Made by a program: the position numbers and the translations under genes. The notes beneath the pieces are model-generated. The model worked only from the letters and a program-made list of their open reading frames with translations. It did no database searches and was not told the origin of the DNA. DNA of 64,000 nt from positions 448,001 through 512,000 of the forward strand of contig CAVYQE010000011.1 in the NCBI GenBank assembly GCA_963770565.1, written 5' to 3'. The stretch's first letter is position 1. The number at the start of each line of letters is the position of its first letter. The stretch comes from an uncultured Actinomycetota bacterium. Lineage in GTDB: Bacteria > Actinomycetota > Actinomycetes > JAFAQI01. Below are positions 1 to 10,472 of the stretch, piece by piece.

Positions 1-85
1 GGGTGGCGGAAGTCGGGCCTGCCGTCAGCGCCACCATGGTGAAGCCGGCCGCCAGGACGCGGACGATTCGGGCCAGGCGGAGCAT
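1..85 (-). CDS. N-terminus of a putative secreted protein (runs off the window)
   Basis: ATG at 85 reads [28 protein letters not shown], which looks like a signal peptide; open to the window edge. Confidence 0.45.
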   Translation of the reverse strand, partial: MLRLARIVRVLAAGFTMVALTAGPTSAT

Positions 86-181
86 CGGGTCTGGATGTCG
101 ACGGGCCACTGGCATTGGATTCACGCTACCCGTCGGCTGCGTCGGAGCTTCCAAGTCGGAGTCGGGGGAGAGAATGGGCGG

Positions 182-913
182 ATGCCGCTCTACCGCGACG
201 AAGCCGTCGTGCTTCGCACCCAGAAGCTGGGTGAGGCGGATCGGATCGTGACCCTGCTGACCCGCCAACACGGCCGGGTGCGGGCGGTGGCCAAGGGAGT
301 GCGGCGTACCGGGTCGCGGTTCGGCGCGCGGGTCGAGCCGTTCTCCCACGTCGACCTTCAGCTCTACGAGGGCCGCTCGCTCGACACCGTGACCCAGGCC
401 GAAACCCTCGAGCCGTACGGCGAGCGGATCGCCGCCGACTACGGCCGCTACACCGCCGGCACCGCGGTGCTCGAGACCGCCGAGCGGCTCAGTGCGGAGG
501 AGCGCGAGCCGTCGCTTCGGCTCTACCTGCTGGTGGTCGGGGCGTTGCGGGCGCTCGCCGAGTCGCAACATTCGCCGACCCTGGTGCTCGACGCCTTCAT
601 CCTGCGGGCGATGGCGATCGCCGGCTACGAGCCGGTGCTCGATGCCTGCGCGGTGTGCGGCGAGCCGGGCTTGCACCGCTACTTCGCGTCCGCGCTGGGT
701 GGTCTGGTCTGCCCCGACCATCGCCCGCCGGGCGCCGCGAACGTCGCGCCGGCGTCCCTCGAGCTGATGGTGGCGCTGCTCAACGGCGACTGGGCGGTTG
801 CCGACGCGGCCACCGACCGAGCCCAGCGCGAGACCAGCGGGCTGGTCGCGGCCTACCTGCAGTGGCACCTCGAGCGCGGGTTGCGCTCGCTGCGTCTCGT
901 CGAGCGCCCATGA
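182..913 (+). CDS. recO: DNA repair protein RecO
   Basis: [28 protein letters not shown]-terminus, CAVC...C zinc motif, LRSLRLVE C-terminus; upstream of uppS as is usual in actinobacteria. Confidence 0.95.
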   Translation: MPLYRDEAVVLRTQKLGEADRIVTLLTRQHGRVRAVAKGVRRTGSRFGARVEPFSHVDLQLYEGRSLDTVTQAETLEPYGERIAADYGRYTAGTAVLETAERLSAEEREPSLRLYLLVVGALRALAESQHSPTLVLDAFILRAMAIAGYEPVLDACAVCGEPGLHRYFASALGGLVCPDHRPPGAANVAPASLELMVALLNGDWAVADAATDRAQRETSGLVAAYLQWHLERGLRSLRLVERP

Positions 914-1713
914 GGTCTCGGGGCGCGGAGTCGGGTCGAGCCACGCCCGTGCGGCCGCCGACCCCGCACGCGTCGGGAGCACGCCCGCCCGACGTCCCGC
1001 CCGATCTGGTGCCCCGACATGTCGCGATCGTGATGGACGGCAACGGGCGGTGGGCCAAGCAGCGCGGCTTGCCCCGGACGGTCGGCCATGAGCAGGGCGA
1101 GAGCTCGCTGTTCGACGTCGTGGAGGGCGCCATCGAGATCGGCGTGAAGTGGTTGTCGGCGTACGCGTTCTCGACCGAGAACTGGAAGCGGTCGCCCGAC
1201 GAGGTGCGGTTCCTGATGGGGTTCAACCGCGATGTGATCCGGCGCCGGCGCGACGAGATGCACGCGATGGGCGTCCGGGTGCGGTGGGCCGGGCGCCGGC
1301 CGCGGCTATGGCGCTCGGTGATCCGGGAGCTCGAGATCGCCGAGGAGATGACCCGCCACAACCGGGTGCTGACCCTCACGATGTGCGTCAACTACGGCGG
1401 CCGCGCCGAGATCGCGGATGCCGCCGCGGCGTTGGCGCGCGATGTCGCCGCCGGGCGGCTCGACCCGGACAAGGTCACCGACCGGGTGTTCGCGCACTAT
1501 CTCGACGAGCCGGAGATGCCGGACGTCGACTTGTTCGTGCGCTCGTCGGGCGAGCAGCGGACGTCCAACTTCCTGCTCTGGCAGTCCGCCTACGCCGAAA
1601 TGGTCTTCCAGGACACCCTCTGGCCGGACTACGACCGGCTGACGCTGTGGTCGGCGATCGAGGAGTACGCCCGCCGGGACCGTCGCTACGGTGGTGCGCA
1701 GGAGGATCTGTGA
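910..1713 (+). CDS. uppS: Isoprenyl (cis-prenyl) transferase, undecaprenyl/decaprenyl diphosphate synthase
   Basis: [37 protein letters not shown] motifs; ATGA overlap with recO. Confidence 0.93.
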   Translation: MRSRGAESGRATPVRPPTPHASGARPPDVPPDLVPRHVAIVMDGNGRWAKQRGLPRTVGHEQGESSLFDVVEGAIEIGVKWLSAYAFSTENWKRSPDEVRFLMGFNRDVIRRRRDEMHAMGVRVRWAGRRPRLWRSVIRELEIAEEMTRHNRVLTLTMCVNYGGRAEIADAAAALARDVAAGRLDPDKVTDRVFAHYLDEPEMPDVDLFVRSSGEQRTSNFLLWQSAYAEMVFQDTLWPDYDRLTLWSAIEEYARRDRRYGGAQEDL

Positions 1714-2078
1714 GGCTGCACCACGTCAACATCGTCGTACGACCCGGCGAGACCGATCGGCTGCTCGACTTCTATACCGAGGTGCTCGGGCTGGCGCAGG
1801 TCGAGAAACCGAGCGAGGGTACGACGCCCGGCGGCGCCTGGTTCGACATCGACGAGGCCCACCAATTGCACATCTCCGAGCGGGTCGATGCGGTCATGCA
1901 CGACGACATGCACTTCGGTCTGGTCGTCGACGACTTCGACGCTGTGCTGGCCCGGATTGCGGCCGCGGGTGCGCCATGGCGCCCGCAGGCGGATCTGTTC
2001 GGCGGGCGGCGCGGATCGACCCGCGATCCGCTCGGCAACCGGATCGAGCTGCTCGAGCCGGTCGGCCAACTCGGGTAG
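1710..2078 (+). CDS. VOC/glyoxalase family protein
   Basis: LHHVNI...FYTEVLGL...HFGLVVDD...[10 protein letters not shown]; GTGA overlap with uppS. Confidence 0.85.
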   Translation: MRLHHVNIVVRPGETDRLLDFYTEVLGLAQVEKPSEGTTPGGAWFDIDEAHQLHISERVDAVMHDDMHFGLVVDDFDAVLARIAAAGAPWRPQADLFGGRRGSTRDPLGNRIELLEPVGQLG

Positions 2079-2088
2079 GCCGCCCGCG

Positions 2089-2319
2089 CTAGCCGCCGAA
2101 CCGCGCGGCTGCGACGACGGCGATCAAGACGATCACTGCGAGCCTCAGCACCCGGTCGCCGGTCCGCAGCACCGGCCAGGTCACCGTGGCGAGTCCGATC
2201 AGGACGAGGTCGGTTGCGGTCAGCAGTGCGCCGCTGAGGACGCCGTGGGTGAACAGGCCGGAGACGAAGAGTGCGCCCACACCGAGCGCGCCCAGCAGCA
2301 AGACCAACCGGCGAGGCAT
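2089..2319 (-). CDS. Small membrane protein (about 3 TM helices)
   Basis: Strongly hydrophobic 76-aa ORF MPRRLVLLLGALGVGALFVSG...; convergent with the VOC gene. Confidence 0.65.
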   Translation of the reverse strand: MPRRLVLLLGALGVGALFVSGLFTHGVLSGALLTATDLVLIGLATVTWPVLRTGDRVLRLAVIVLIAVVAAARFGG

Positions 2320-2338
2320 AGGTGACATCCTCACAGGC

Positions 2339-2620
2339 GTGCTCGTCGTCGCGCGGCTGCGCCCACCCGAAGACCTCGCGTCGTTCCGCGCCGGCGTCCA
2401 TGCCGCGCTGGATGCGCTCTCGGCGCGACCCGGCCACGTGCAGAGCCGGCTCGCCCAGGCGCTCGAGGACCCGGCGGTTTGGGTGCTCGTCAGCGAGTGG
2501 CTCGACGTCGGGTCGTACCGCCGAGCGTTGTCGTCGTACGACGTGCGGATGGCCAGCGCGGCTCTGATGGGTGCGGTCATTGACGAGCCGACCGCGTTCG
2601 AGGTCGTCGACCAGACCTAG
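2339..2620 (+). CDS. Antibiotic biosynthesis monooxygenase (ABM) family protein
   Basis: ALSARPG...[22 protein letters not shown]...DEPTAFE; ABM-type gene typically found upstream of glyQS in actinobacteria. Confidence 0.75.
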   Translation: MLVVARLRPPEDLASFRAGVHAALDALSARPGHVQSRLAQALEDPAVWVLVSEWLDVGSYRRALSSYDVRMASAALMGAVIDEPTAFEVVDQT

Positions 2621-2696
2621 GGCGGCGGGTCGCCTGTGCGGATCGCGGCTAGGCTTGCGTCTTCCCGCCGACCGCCAGCCGGATGGAGCCCGCCGA

Positions 2697-4106
2697 ATGG
2701 CCAGCAACGCGCCCGCACGAGACGCCTCCCGGATCGAGGAGCTCGTCAGCCTCTGCAAGCGCCGGGGGATCGTCTTCCCCTCTTCCGAGATCTACGGCGG
2801 AAGCCGCTCGGCCTGGGACTACGGCCCGCTCGGCGTCGAGCTCAAGGAGAACATCCGCAAACAGTGGTGGCGGGCGATGGTCCAGACCCGCGACGACGTG
2901 GTCGGGCTCGACTCGGCGGTGATCCTCGCCCCTGAGGTGTGGAAGGCGTCTGGTCACCTCGACGCGTTCGTCGACCCGCTGGTCGAGTGCCAGTCGTGTC
3001 ACAAGCGCTTCCGAGAGGACCATCTGCGCGAGGAGTTCGCCGAGCGGAAGAAGATCGCCGACCCCGACAGCATCGCGATGTCGACCGTCGTCTGCCCGCA
3101 CTGCGGCACCCGTGGCGCGTGGACCGAGCCGCGGACCTTCAACGGGCTGATGACGACCTATCTCGGCGCGACCGAGGACGAAGGGTCTCTGCACTACCTC
3201 CGCCCGGAGACCGCGCAGGGCATCTTCATCAACTTCCTCAACGTGATGACTGCTTCCCGGCGGCGGCCGCCGTTCGGCATCGCTCAGGTCGGCAAGTCGT
3301 TCCGCAACGAGATCACCCCCGGCAACTTCATCTTCCGCACTCGCGAGTTCGAGCAGATGGAGATGGAGTTCTTCGTCGTACCGGGCACTGACGAGGAGTG
3401 GCACGAGACCTGGATCGAGAACCGCTGGAACTGGTACGTCGACCTCGGGTTGGCCGAGGACGACCTCCGCCGCTTCGAGCACCCGAAGGAGAAGCTGTCG
3501 CACTACTCGAAGCGGACCGTCGACATCGAGTACCGGTTCCGCTTCGGCGGCTCGGAGTGGGGCGAGCTCGAGGGGATCGCAAACCGGACCGACTTCGACC
3601 TGAAGACGCACGCCGAGCACTCCGGGGCGGACCTGACGTACTTCGACCAGGACAAGAGCGAGCGGTGGACGCCGTACGTCATCGAGCCGGCCGCCGGGCT
3701 GACCCGCTGCGTCCTGGCCTTCCTGCTCGGCGCGCTCTCGACCGACGAGGCGCCGAACGCGAAGGGCGTGCTGGAGAAGCGGACCGTGATGCGCCTCGAC
3801 CCGCGGCTGGCGCCGGTGAAGGTCGCGGTGCTCCCGCTGTCGCGCAACGCCGAGCTGTCGCCGAAGGCCAAGGCGCTCGCCGAGCAGCTTCGGCAGCGGT
3901 GGAACGTGGAGTTCGATGATGCCGGTGCGATCGGCCGCCGCTACCGCCGGCAGGACGAGATCGGTACGCCGTTCTGCATCACGATCGACTTCGAGACCCT
4001 CGACGACGACGCGGCGACCATCCGCTCGCGCGACACGATGAAGCAGGAGCGGATCCCCCTCGGAGGCGTCGAGCCCTACCTCCTCAACACCCTCCCCCCC
4101 TGCTAA
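2697..4106 (+). CDS. glyQS: Glycine--tRNA ligase (alpha2 type)
   Basis: [63 protein letters not shown]. Confidence 0.97.
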   Translation: MASNAPARDASRIEELVSLCKRRGIVFPSSEIYGGSRSAWDYGPLGVELKENIRKQWWRAMVQTRDDVVGLDSAVILAPEVWKASGHLDAFVDPLVECQSCHKRFREDHLREEFAERKKIADPDSIAMSTVVCPHCGTRGAWTEPRTFNGLMTTYLGATEDEGSLHYLRPETAQGIFINFLNVMTASRRRPPFGIAQVGKSFRNEITPGNFIFRTREFEQMEMEFFVVPGTDEEWHETWIENRWNWYVDLGLAEDDLRRFEHPKEKLSHYSKRTVDIEYRFRFGGSEWGELEGIANRTDFDLKTHAEHSGADLTYFDQDKSERWTPYVIEPAAGLTRCVLAFLLGALSTDEAPNAKGVLEKRTVMRLDPRLAPVKVAVLPLSRNAELSPKAKALAEQLRQRWNVEFDDAGAIGRRYRRQDEIGTPFCITIDFETLDDDAATIRSRDTMKQERIPLGGVEPYLLNTLPPC

Positions 4107-4135
4107 CCCCGCCAGCCGCTGCGGCGGCCACCTGA

Positions 4136-4168
4136 CTGCGCTAGAACGCACCGAAACGGCCGCCGCGG
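4136..4168. repeat. Left copy of a 33-bp imperfect repeat flanking the AbiEi/DUF559 gene
   Basis: CTGCGCTAGAACGCACCGAAACGGCCGCCGCGG matches 5197-5229 at 24/33 positions; TAGAACGCA (4142-4150) is also the reverse complement of TGCGTTCTA (5198-5206). Confidence 0.45.
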
Positions 4169-4230
4169 TGGCCATCCACAGATTCGGTTGCCACGGTCGA
4201 GATCTCCGCGGGCCACGACAGCCTGGCGGC

Positions 4231-5196
4231 ATGCCTCGCCTTTGCCCGGTCGATCCGTTGTTCGGCGCTGTTGTCGATGAGCAAGACGGTGTTGTCCATC
4301 GAGATCAGGCAATCCGCCACGGTCTGACGCGGACGGCTCTCACTTACCGCCTGAGGAGCCAGCGTTGGCAGGTACTGCTCCCCGATGTCTACCTCGCCCG
4401 GGCCGGCGAGCCCAGCCGCCGTCAGATGCTCATCGCTGCTGTTCTGTTTGCCGGCTCTGACGCAGCGGTCGATGACGCGAGCGCGTGCCGGTTCCACGGG
4501 ATCAGCTCGGTTCCGGACGAGGACGGGCAGGTGTACGTCGTTGTGCCGTGGGGTTCGGCGGCGCGAAGCCGCCGGTTCGTTACCGTCCGGCGGACGAACG
4601 CACCGATCCGTTACTTGTCGACCCGCGTCCTGCGATACGTGGATCCCGCGACCGCCGTCATTGCGGCGACTCGGCGGATGCGGAACGAGCGCGCGGTGCT
4701 CGCTGCTCTGAGTGACGTGCTTCAGCGGCGCCTCACGACGTACGACGACCTCGTCCGCGCGCATGTCGAGGGGCCACCTCGGAACTCGCGGCTGGCGGAC
4801 GACGCCTTGGAGCACCTCGGCGCCGGGACGAGATCTGCTCCTGAAGCCGACTTCCGGCGGCTCGTCGGCGCGAGCGCGCTGCTCCCGACGCCCGAGTTCA
4901 ATCTCTGGCTCCGCCTCTCGAGCGGGCGGGTGGTTTGCGTCGACGCGTTGTTCAGGTCGTCAGCGGTGGTGCACGAGACGAACGGGCGTGCCGTGCACGC
5001 TCGCGAGGACCGGTTCGAAGACATGCAAGAACGCCATGACGCGCTCACCGCGGAGGGGTTCACCGTGCTCCATAACTCGCCGCGACGGCTGGGTCTGCGA
5101 GGCCGCGAAGTGATCGCCGAGGTCGAGAGGTGCCACCTTCGCTTCAATGGCCGCGGTATGCCGTCGGGGGTGGTCGAGCTCACGATGGCCGGATAG
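4231..5196 (+). CDS. AbiEi-type antitoxin N-terminal domain fused to a DUF559/Vsr-like endonuclease domain
   Basis: EQDGVVHRDQA..GLT...RWQVLLPDVY N-terminus; RSAPEADFRRL..LPTPEFN...VDAL...VHETNG...QERHDALTAEGFTVL C-terminus. Confidence 0.75.
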   Translation: MPRLCPVDPLFGAVVDEQDGVVHRDQAIRHGLTRTALTYRLRSQRWQVLLPDVYLARAGEPSRRQMLIAAVLFAGSDAAVDDASACRFHGISSVPDEDGQVYVVVPWGSAARSRRFVTVRRTNAPIRYLSTRVLRYVDPATAVIAATRRMRNERAVLAALSDVLQRRLTTYDDLVRAHVEGPPRNSRLADDALEHLGAGTRSAPEADFRRLVGASALLPTPEFNLWLRLSSGRVVCVDALFRSSAVVHETNGRAVHAREDRFEDMQERHDALTAEGFTVLHNSPRRLGLRGREVIAEVERCHLRFNGRGMPSGVVELTMAG

Positions 5197-5229
5197 CTGC
5201 GTTCTATGGCAGCGAGACGGCCATCGCGG
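5197..5229. repeat. Right copy of the imperfect repeat flanking the AbiEi/DUF559 gene
   Basis: CTGCGTTCTATGGCAGCGAGACGGCCATCGCGG begins immediately after the stop codon; overlaps a GCTGC/GCAGC hairpin. Confidence 0.45.
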
Positions 5230-5339
5230 GGTCGGGGTGCGTGGCTGACCGGCGGACACGCGGATTCGTCCCGTCATCTGCGCTGGGTAGTGTCGTAGGG
5301 GGCCCGGATGGGTGGATTTTCGTGAGTCGAGGAGCAGGT

Positions 5340-8030
5340 GTGCCGAAGTACGTTTACGACTTCAGCGAGGGCAATCGCGACCTCAAGGACCTGCTCGGCG
5401 GTAAGGGCGCGAATCTCGCCGAGATGACCAACCTCGGCCTGCCGGTGCCGCCGGGCTTCACGATCACGACCGAGGCCTGCAACGTCTACCTCGAGACGGG
5501 GTCCGAGCCGGTCGAGCTCCAGCGCGAGGTCAGCGCGCACCTGGCCGCGCTCGAGCAGGCGATGGGCAAGTCGCTCGGCCAGGCCGACGACCCGCTGCTG
5601 GTGAGTGTGCGGTCGGGCGCGAAGTTCTCGATGCCCGGAATGATGGACACCGTCCTCAACATCGGCCTGAACGACGACTCGGTCGACGGCCTGGCCAAGC
5701 AGTCTGGCAACGAGCGATTCGCCTGGGACTCCTACCGCCGGCTGATCCAGATGTTCGGCAAGACCGTGCTCGGCGTCGACGGCGAGCACTTCGACGACGT
5801 CTTCGACGCCGCCAAGCACGCCAAGGGCGTTACCGACGACCTCGACCTCGACGAGTCCGACCTGCGCCAGATCGTCGCCCGCTACAAGACAGTCGTTGCC
5901 GAGCACGCCGGCCGCGAGTTTCCGAGCGAGCCGCGCGAGCAGCTCGACCTCGCCGTACGCGCGGTGTTTGAGTCCTGGAACGGCGACCGGGCCAAGCTCT
6001 ACCGTCGCCAGGAGCGGATCCCCGCCAACCTGGGTACGGCGGTCAACATCGTCGCGATGGTCTTCGGCAACATCGGGATGGACTCCGGCACCGGCGTCGC
6101 GTTCACTCGCGACCCGGGCACGGGTGACAAGGGTGTCTACGGCGACTATCTGCAGAACGCGCAGGGCGAGGACGTCGTCGCGGGTATTCGCAACACCGTC
6201 TCGCTCGCCGAGCTCGAGAACATCGACAAGCCGGCGTACGACGAACTGATGTCGATCATGGCGACGCTCGAGCACCACTATCGAGACTTGTGTGACATCG
6301 AGTTCACCGTCGAGCGCAACAAGCTCTGGATGCTGCAGACCCGGATCGGGAAGCGGACCGCGGGCGCCGCGTTCATCATCGCGATGCAGCTGGTCGACGA
6401 AGGCTTGATCGACATCGATGAGGCGCTGCAGCGGGTGACCGGAGCGCAGCTGGCGCAGCTGATGTTCCCGCGCTTCGACGACGACGTGGCCAAGAACCAG
6501 ATCGCAACCGGCGTAAGTGCATCGCCGGGCGCAGCGGTTGGCAAGGCGGTGTTCGACAGCGTGACCGCCGGTGAGTGGGCGGCGCGCGGGGAAGCCGTGA
6601 TCCTGGTCCGCCGCGAGACCAACCCCGACGACCTGCCGGGCATGATCGCGGCCGAAGGAATCCTCACCAGCCGGGGCGGCAAGACCAGCCACGCGGCGGT
6701 GGTCGCACGCGGCATGGGCAAGACCTGCGTGTCCGGTGCGGACGACCTCGAGGTCGACGTCAAGGCCAAGCTGGTCACGACCAAGAGCGGTACCAGCTTC
6801 GGCGAGGGCGACGTCATCTCGATCGACGGGACGGCCGGCCGGGTCTATCTCGGCGAGGTGCCGGTCGTGTCGAGCCCGGTCGTGCAGTACTTCGAGGGCA
6901 CGATCGACGGTACGGCGGACCCGCTGGTCACTGCGGTCGACCGGGTCATCACCCACGCCGACTCCAAGCGCCGGCTCGGCGTACGAGCCAATGCCGACAC
7001 CGAAGACGACGCAGCGCGGGCCCGCCGCTTCGGTGCGCGCGGCATCGGGCTTTGCCGGACCGAGCACATGTTCCTCGGCGAGCGGCGCAAGCACGTCGAG
7101 CGGCTGATCCTGGCCGAGGGCGCGGAGGAGCAGCACGCCGCGCTCGATGCGCTGCTGCCGCTGCAGCGCGAGGACTTCGTCGGGATCTTCACCGCGATGG
7201 ACGGTCTGCCGGTGACGGTCCGGCTGATCGACCCGCCATTGCACGAGTTCCTGCCTGATCTCACCGACCTCTCGGTCAAGATCGCCGTGCAGGAGGCGAA
7301 GGGCGAGCCGGTCGCCGACTCCGACCACCGACTGCTCGAAGCGGTCCGGCGGTTGCACGAACAGAACCCGATGCTGGGTCTGCGCGGCGTGCGGCTCGGT
7401 TTGGTAATCCCCGGCCTGTTCGCGCTGCAGGTCCGTGCGATCGCGGAGGCCGCGGCACAGGTCAAGAAGGCCGGGAAGGACCCGAAGCCGGAGATCATGG
7501 TGCCGCTCGTCGGTGCCGTGCAGGAGCTGGAGATCGTCCGCGAGGAGGCGGAGCGGATCCTCGCCACGGTCGCAAAGGAGAGCGGGGTCGAGGTCGACAC
7601 GCTGATCGGCACAATGATCGAGGTTCCGCGCGCGGCGCTGACCGCCGGGCAGATCGCCGAGGCCGCCGACTTCTTCTCCTTCGGCACCAACGACCTCACC
7701 CAGATGGGCTGGGCGTTCAGCCGGGACGACGTCGAGGGCGCGTTCTTCCCGCGATACATCGATCTCGGGATCTTCGGCGTCAGCCCGTTCGAGACGCTCG
7801 ACACCGAGGGCATCGGGCGGCTGGTCAAGATCGCTGTCGACGAGGGTCGCGCGGTCAAGCCGCACTTGCACGTTGGCGTGTGCGGCGAGCACGGCGGTGA
7901 TCCCGAGTCGGTGCACTTCTTCCACGCGGTCGGGCTCGACTACGTCTCATGCTCACCGTTCCGGGTGCCGGTCGCCCGGCTCGAGGCCGGTCGCGCCGCG
8001 CTCGACGCGCAGGGCAGCGACAGTCGCTGA
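5340..8030 (+). CDS. ppdK: Pyruvate, phosphate dikinase
   Basis: LLGGKGANLAEM, VSVRSGAKFSMPGMMDT, GGKTSHAAVVARGMG, GLCRTEHMF, FSFGTNDLTQ, GVCGEHGGDP. Confidence 0.97.
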   Translation: MPKYVYDFSEGNRDLKDLLGGKGANLAEMTNLGLPVPPGFTITTEACNVYLETGSEPVELQREVSAHLAALEQAMGKSLGQADDPLLVSVRSGAKFSMPGMMDTVLNIGLNDDSVDGLAKQSGNERFAWDSYRRLIQMFGKTVLGVDGEHFDDVFDAAKHAKGVTDDLDLDESDLRQIVARYKTVVAEHAGREFPSEPREQLDLAVRAVFESWNGDRAKLYRRQERIPANLGTAVNIVAMVFGNIGMDSGTGVAFTRDPGTGDKGVYGDYLQNAQGEDVVAGIRNTVSLAELENIDKPAYDELMSIMATLEHHYRDLCDIEFTVERNKLWMLQTRIGKRTAGAAFIIAMQLVDEGLIDIDEALQRVTGAQLAQLMFPRFDDDVAKNQIATGVSASPGAAVGKAVFDSVTAGEWAARGEAVILVRRETNPDDLPGMIAAEGILTSRGGKTSHAAVVARGMGKTCVSGADDLEVDVKAKLVTTKSGTSFGEGDVISIDGTAGRVYLGEVPVVSSPVVQYFEGTIDGTADPLVTAVDRVITHADSKRRLGVRANADTEDDAARARRFGARGIGLCRTEHMFLGERRKHVERLILAEGAEEQHAALDALLPLQREDFVGIFTAMDGLPVTVRLIDPPLHEFLPDLTDLSVKIAVQEAKGEPVADSDHRLLEAVRRLHEQNPMLGLRGVRLGLVIPGLFALQVRAIAEAAAQVKKAGKDPKPEIMVPLVGAVQELEIVREEAERILATVAKESGVEVDTLIGTMIEVPRAALTAGQIAEAADFFSFGTNDLTQMGWAFSRDDVEGAFFPRYIDLGIFGVSPFETLDTEGIGRLVKIAVDEGRAVKPHLHVGVCGEHGGDPESVHFFHAVGLDYVSCSPFRVPVARLEAGRAALDAQGSDSR

Positions 8031-8057
8031 GCCGCACGTTGTGATCCCGCTCGTACC

Positions 8058-8690
8058 GTGACCCCGTTTGCGTGGTTCCGCTGGGCGCGCCGCGTCGTCC
8101 TCGCGATCGTCGCGTTGGTCGTGGTCGCGGTCCTCTACGTCGCCGTACACATCTGGTGGGTGGCCCGCGAGGACCAACACCCGCGCTCGGACGCGATCGT
8201 CGTGCTCGGCGCCAGCCAATACAACGGTGTCCCCTCGCCGGTCTTCGCCGCCCGCCTTGCGCACGCCGTCACGTTGTACGACGAACACGTCGCCTCGCAC
8301 ATCGTCACGGTCGGCGGCAAGGAGCCCGGTGACGCCTACACCGAGGCCGAGGCCGGAAAGACCTTCCTCACCGCGCATGGCGTGCCGCCGACCGCGGTCG
8401 TTGCGTTGCAGACCGGCCGCGACACGTTGCGCAGCCTGCGCGCGGTCGATGCGGAGTTCAAGGCGAAGCGCTGGCACAGTGCCGTGCTGGTCACCGACCC
8501 GTGGAACTGCCTGCGCGCCCGGACGATGGCGCGTGACCTCGGCATCCGGGCGGACACCTCGCCGGAGCGCACCGGCCCTGCGGTCGCGAGCCGAAGCGTC
8601 GAGATCCACTACATCGCCCGGGAGACCGAGGCCTACATCTATTACAAGATCTTCCACAACGACAACGAGCACTCGGCGGGTGTGGTTTGA
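8058..8690 (+). CDS. YdcF/ElyC-like (DUF218) membrane-anchored protein
   Basis: N-terminal TM helix, DAIVVLGASQY, VTVGGK..GD..TEAEAG, LVTDPW. Confidence 0.85.
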   Translation: MTPFAWFRWARRVVLAIVALVVVAVLYVAVHIWWVAREDQHPRSDAIVVLGASQYNGVPSPVFAARLAHAVTLYDEHVASHIVTVGGKEPGDAYTEAEAGKTFLTAHGVPPTAVVALQTGRDTLRSLRAVDAEFKAKRWHSAVLVTDPWNCLRARTMARDLGIRADTSPERTGPAVASRSVEIHYIARETEAYIYYKIFHNDNEHSAGVV

Positions 8691-9940
8691 CCGGGTACGA
8701 CGCGGCCACCCGCGAACGCCGGGTGGCCGAGCCCGAGAAGCTCGCCAAGGGTGAGCGGGACGAGTTCGTTCGCGATCGCGCCCGGGTGCTGCATTCGGTC
8801 GCGTTGCGGCGGTTGGCGGCGCGGACCCAGGTGGTCGGGGTGGGGGAGAGCGACTTCCCGCGGACCCGGCTGACCCACTCGCTGGAGTGCGCCCAGATCG
8901 GCCGCGAGCTCGCGGTCGCGCTGGGCGCGGACGCAGACCTGGTGGACACCGCGTGCCTCGCGCACGACCTCGGCCATCCACCGTTCGGCCACAACGGCGA
9001 GACCGCGCTGGACGAGTTCGCCGAGTCGATCGGCGGGTTCGAAGGCAACGCGCAGAGCTTCCGGGTGTTGACCCGACTCGAAGCCAAGGTTCTCGACGCC
9101 GGCGGCGTCAGCGCCGGTCTCAACCTCACCCGCGCCACCCTCGACGCGGCGACGAAGTACCCCTGGCCCCGCCAGCCCGATTCGCCGAAGTTCGGCGTCT
9201 ACGCCGATGACCTGCCGAGCTTCCAGTGGATGCGCGGCGATGCGCCGGCCCAGGCCCGGTGCGTCGAGGCGCAGATCATGGACTGGGCCGACGACGTCGC
9301 CTACTCGGTCCACGACCTCGAGGACGGCGTACAGGCCGGACATGTCTCGCTGCGCCGGATCGACGACGCCGCCGACCGGACCGAGGTGATCGCGGTCGCC
9401 CGCGAGTCCTATCTCGACGTGCCGGCCGACGATCTCGATGACGCGCTCACCAGGCTTCGGTCGCAGGAGTTCTGGCTGCACGACTTCGACGGGTCGCTGC
9501 GCGCGATGGTCGCGCTGAAGCGCATGACCAGCGAGCTGATCGGTCGGCTGTGCAGTGCCGCGACGCAGGCCACCCGCGAGCGCGCCGACGGTCGCCCGCT
9601 TCGGCGGTACGACGGCGACGTCGTGGTTCCGGCGGCGACCCGGGCCGAGTGCGCGGTGCTCAAGGCGATCGCGGATCGCTACGTCATGCGCCGCGACAAG
9701 ACGGTCATCCTGCAGCGACGGCAGCGGGAGCAACTGACCGAGTTGCTCGCCGCGCTCGTCGACACCGCGCCGGGCTCGCTCGAGCCCTGGCTGCGAACGG
9801 CCTTCGACGCGGCGCCCGGCGATGCCGCCAAGCTCCGGGTGGTGGTCGACCAGGTGGCCTCGCTGACCGACCCGTCGGCGCTGGCCTGGCACGAGCGGTA
9901 CGTCGGGGAAGGCCGCGGACGCGAGGGCAGGCAGGTGTGA
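8687..9940 (+). CDS. dgt: Deoxyguanosinetriphosphate triphosphohydrolase (HD dNTPase)
   Basis: RTRLTHSLE, AHDLGHPPFGHNGE, FEGNAQ, EAQIMDWADDVAYSVHDLED, VDQVASLTD. Confidence 0.93.
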   Translation: MTGYDAATRERRVAEPEKLAKGERDEFVRDRARVLHSVALRRLAARTQVVGVGESDFPRTRLTHSLECAQIGRELAVALGADADLVDTACLAHDLGHPPFGHNGETALDEFAESIGGFEGNAQSFRVLTRLEAKVLDAGGVSAGLNLTRATLDAATKYPWPRQPDSPKFGVYADDLPSFQWMRGDAPAQARCVEAQIMDWADDVAYSVHDLEDGVQAGHVSLRRIDDAADRTEVIAVARESYLDVPADDLDDALTRLRSQEFWLHDFDGSLRAMVALKRMTSELIGRLCSAATQATRERADGRPLRRYDGDVVVPAATRAECAVLKAIADRYVMRRDKTVILQRRQREQLTELLAALVDTAPGSLEPWLRTAFDAAPGDAAKLRVVVDQVASLTDPSALAWHERYVGEGRGREGRQV

Positions 9941-10374
9941 CCGTCGTGGTTCGACCCGCGACGACCGCGGAGATCCTCGACCTGCGCCTGCGGGTGCTGC
10001 GCCCGACCGTGCCCCGCGTGCCGAATCCGCGCGATCTCGAGCCGACCACGATCCACATCGGTGCCTTCGACGGCGCCGACGCGATCGGCTGCGCCACGGT
10101 GCAGCCCGAGCCCTACGAGCACGACGTCGCGGCCTGGCGGATGCGCGGGATGGCGGTCGAGCCGGCGTACCAAGGTCGTGGGGTCGGCCGGCGGGTGCTC
10201 GAAGCCGCCACTGCCGCGGCCGAGCAGGGAGGCGCGGCGATGCTGTGGGCGAACGGGCGGGTGAGCGCGATGGAGTTCTATCTCGCGCTGGGCTGGGAGC
10301 CGGTCGGGCCGGTGTTCGATCATGGCCCCGACTCGCTCCCGCATCGGGTGATCCTGCGGCGCTCCGGCTCGTAG
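9937..10374 (+). CDS. GNAT family N-acetyltransferase
   Basis: WRMRGMAVEPAYQGRGVGRR, LWANGR..A..FY..LGW; GTGA overlap with dgt. Confidence 0.85.
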   Translation: MTVVVRPATTAEILDLRLRVLRPTVPRVPNPRDLEPTTIHIGAFDGADAIGCATVQPEPYEHDVAAWRMRGMAVEPAYQGRGVGRRVLEAATAAAEQGGAAMLWANGRVSAMEFYLALGWEPVGPVFDHGPDSLPHRVILRRSGS

Positions 10375-10472
10375 CCGGCGGGCCGGAACTCGTCGGCGGG
10401 TCACCGTAGAGTGTCGGAAGGCGACTTCCCCCGCTTGAAAGACGATCGAACCGAACCCGACGGGAGGCGGCC

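Noticed and set aside
5274-7925. Long antisense ORFs (also 2649-4232, 52784-54517, 56569-58719)
   Set aside because: Shadows of well-supported genes, caused by scarce stop codons at high GC
8687-9940. dGTPase as an anti-phage nucleotide-depletion system
   Set aside because: It is in the conserved housekeeping ppdK-dgt-dnaG position, not in a defence context
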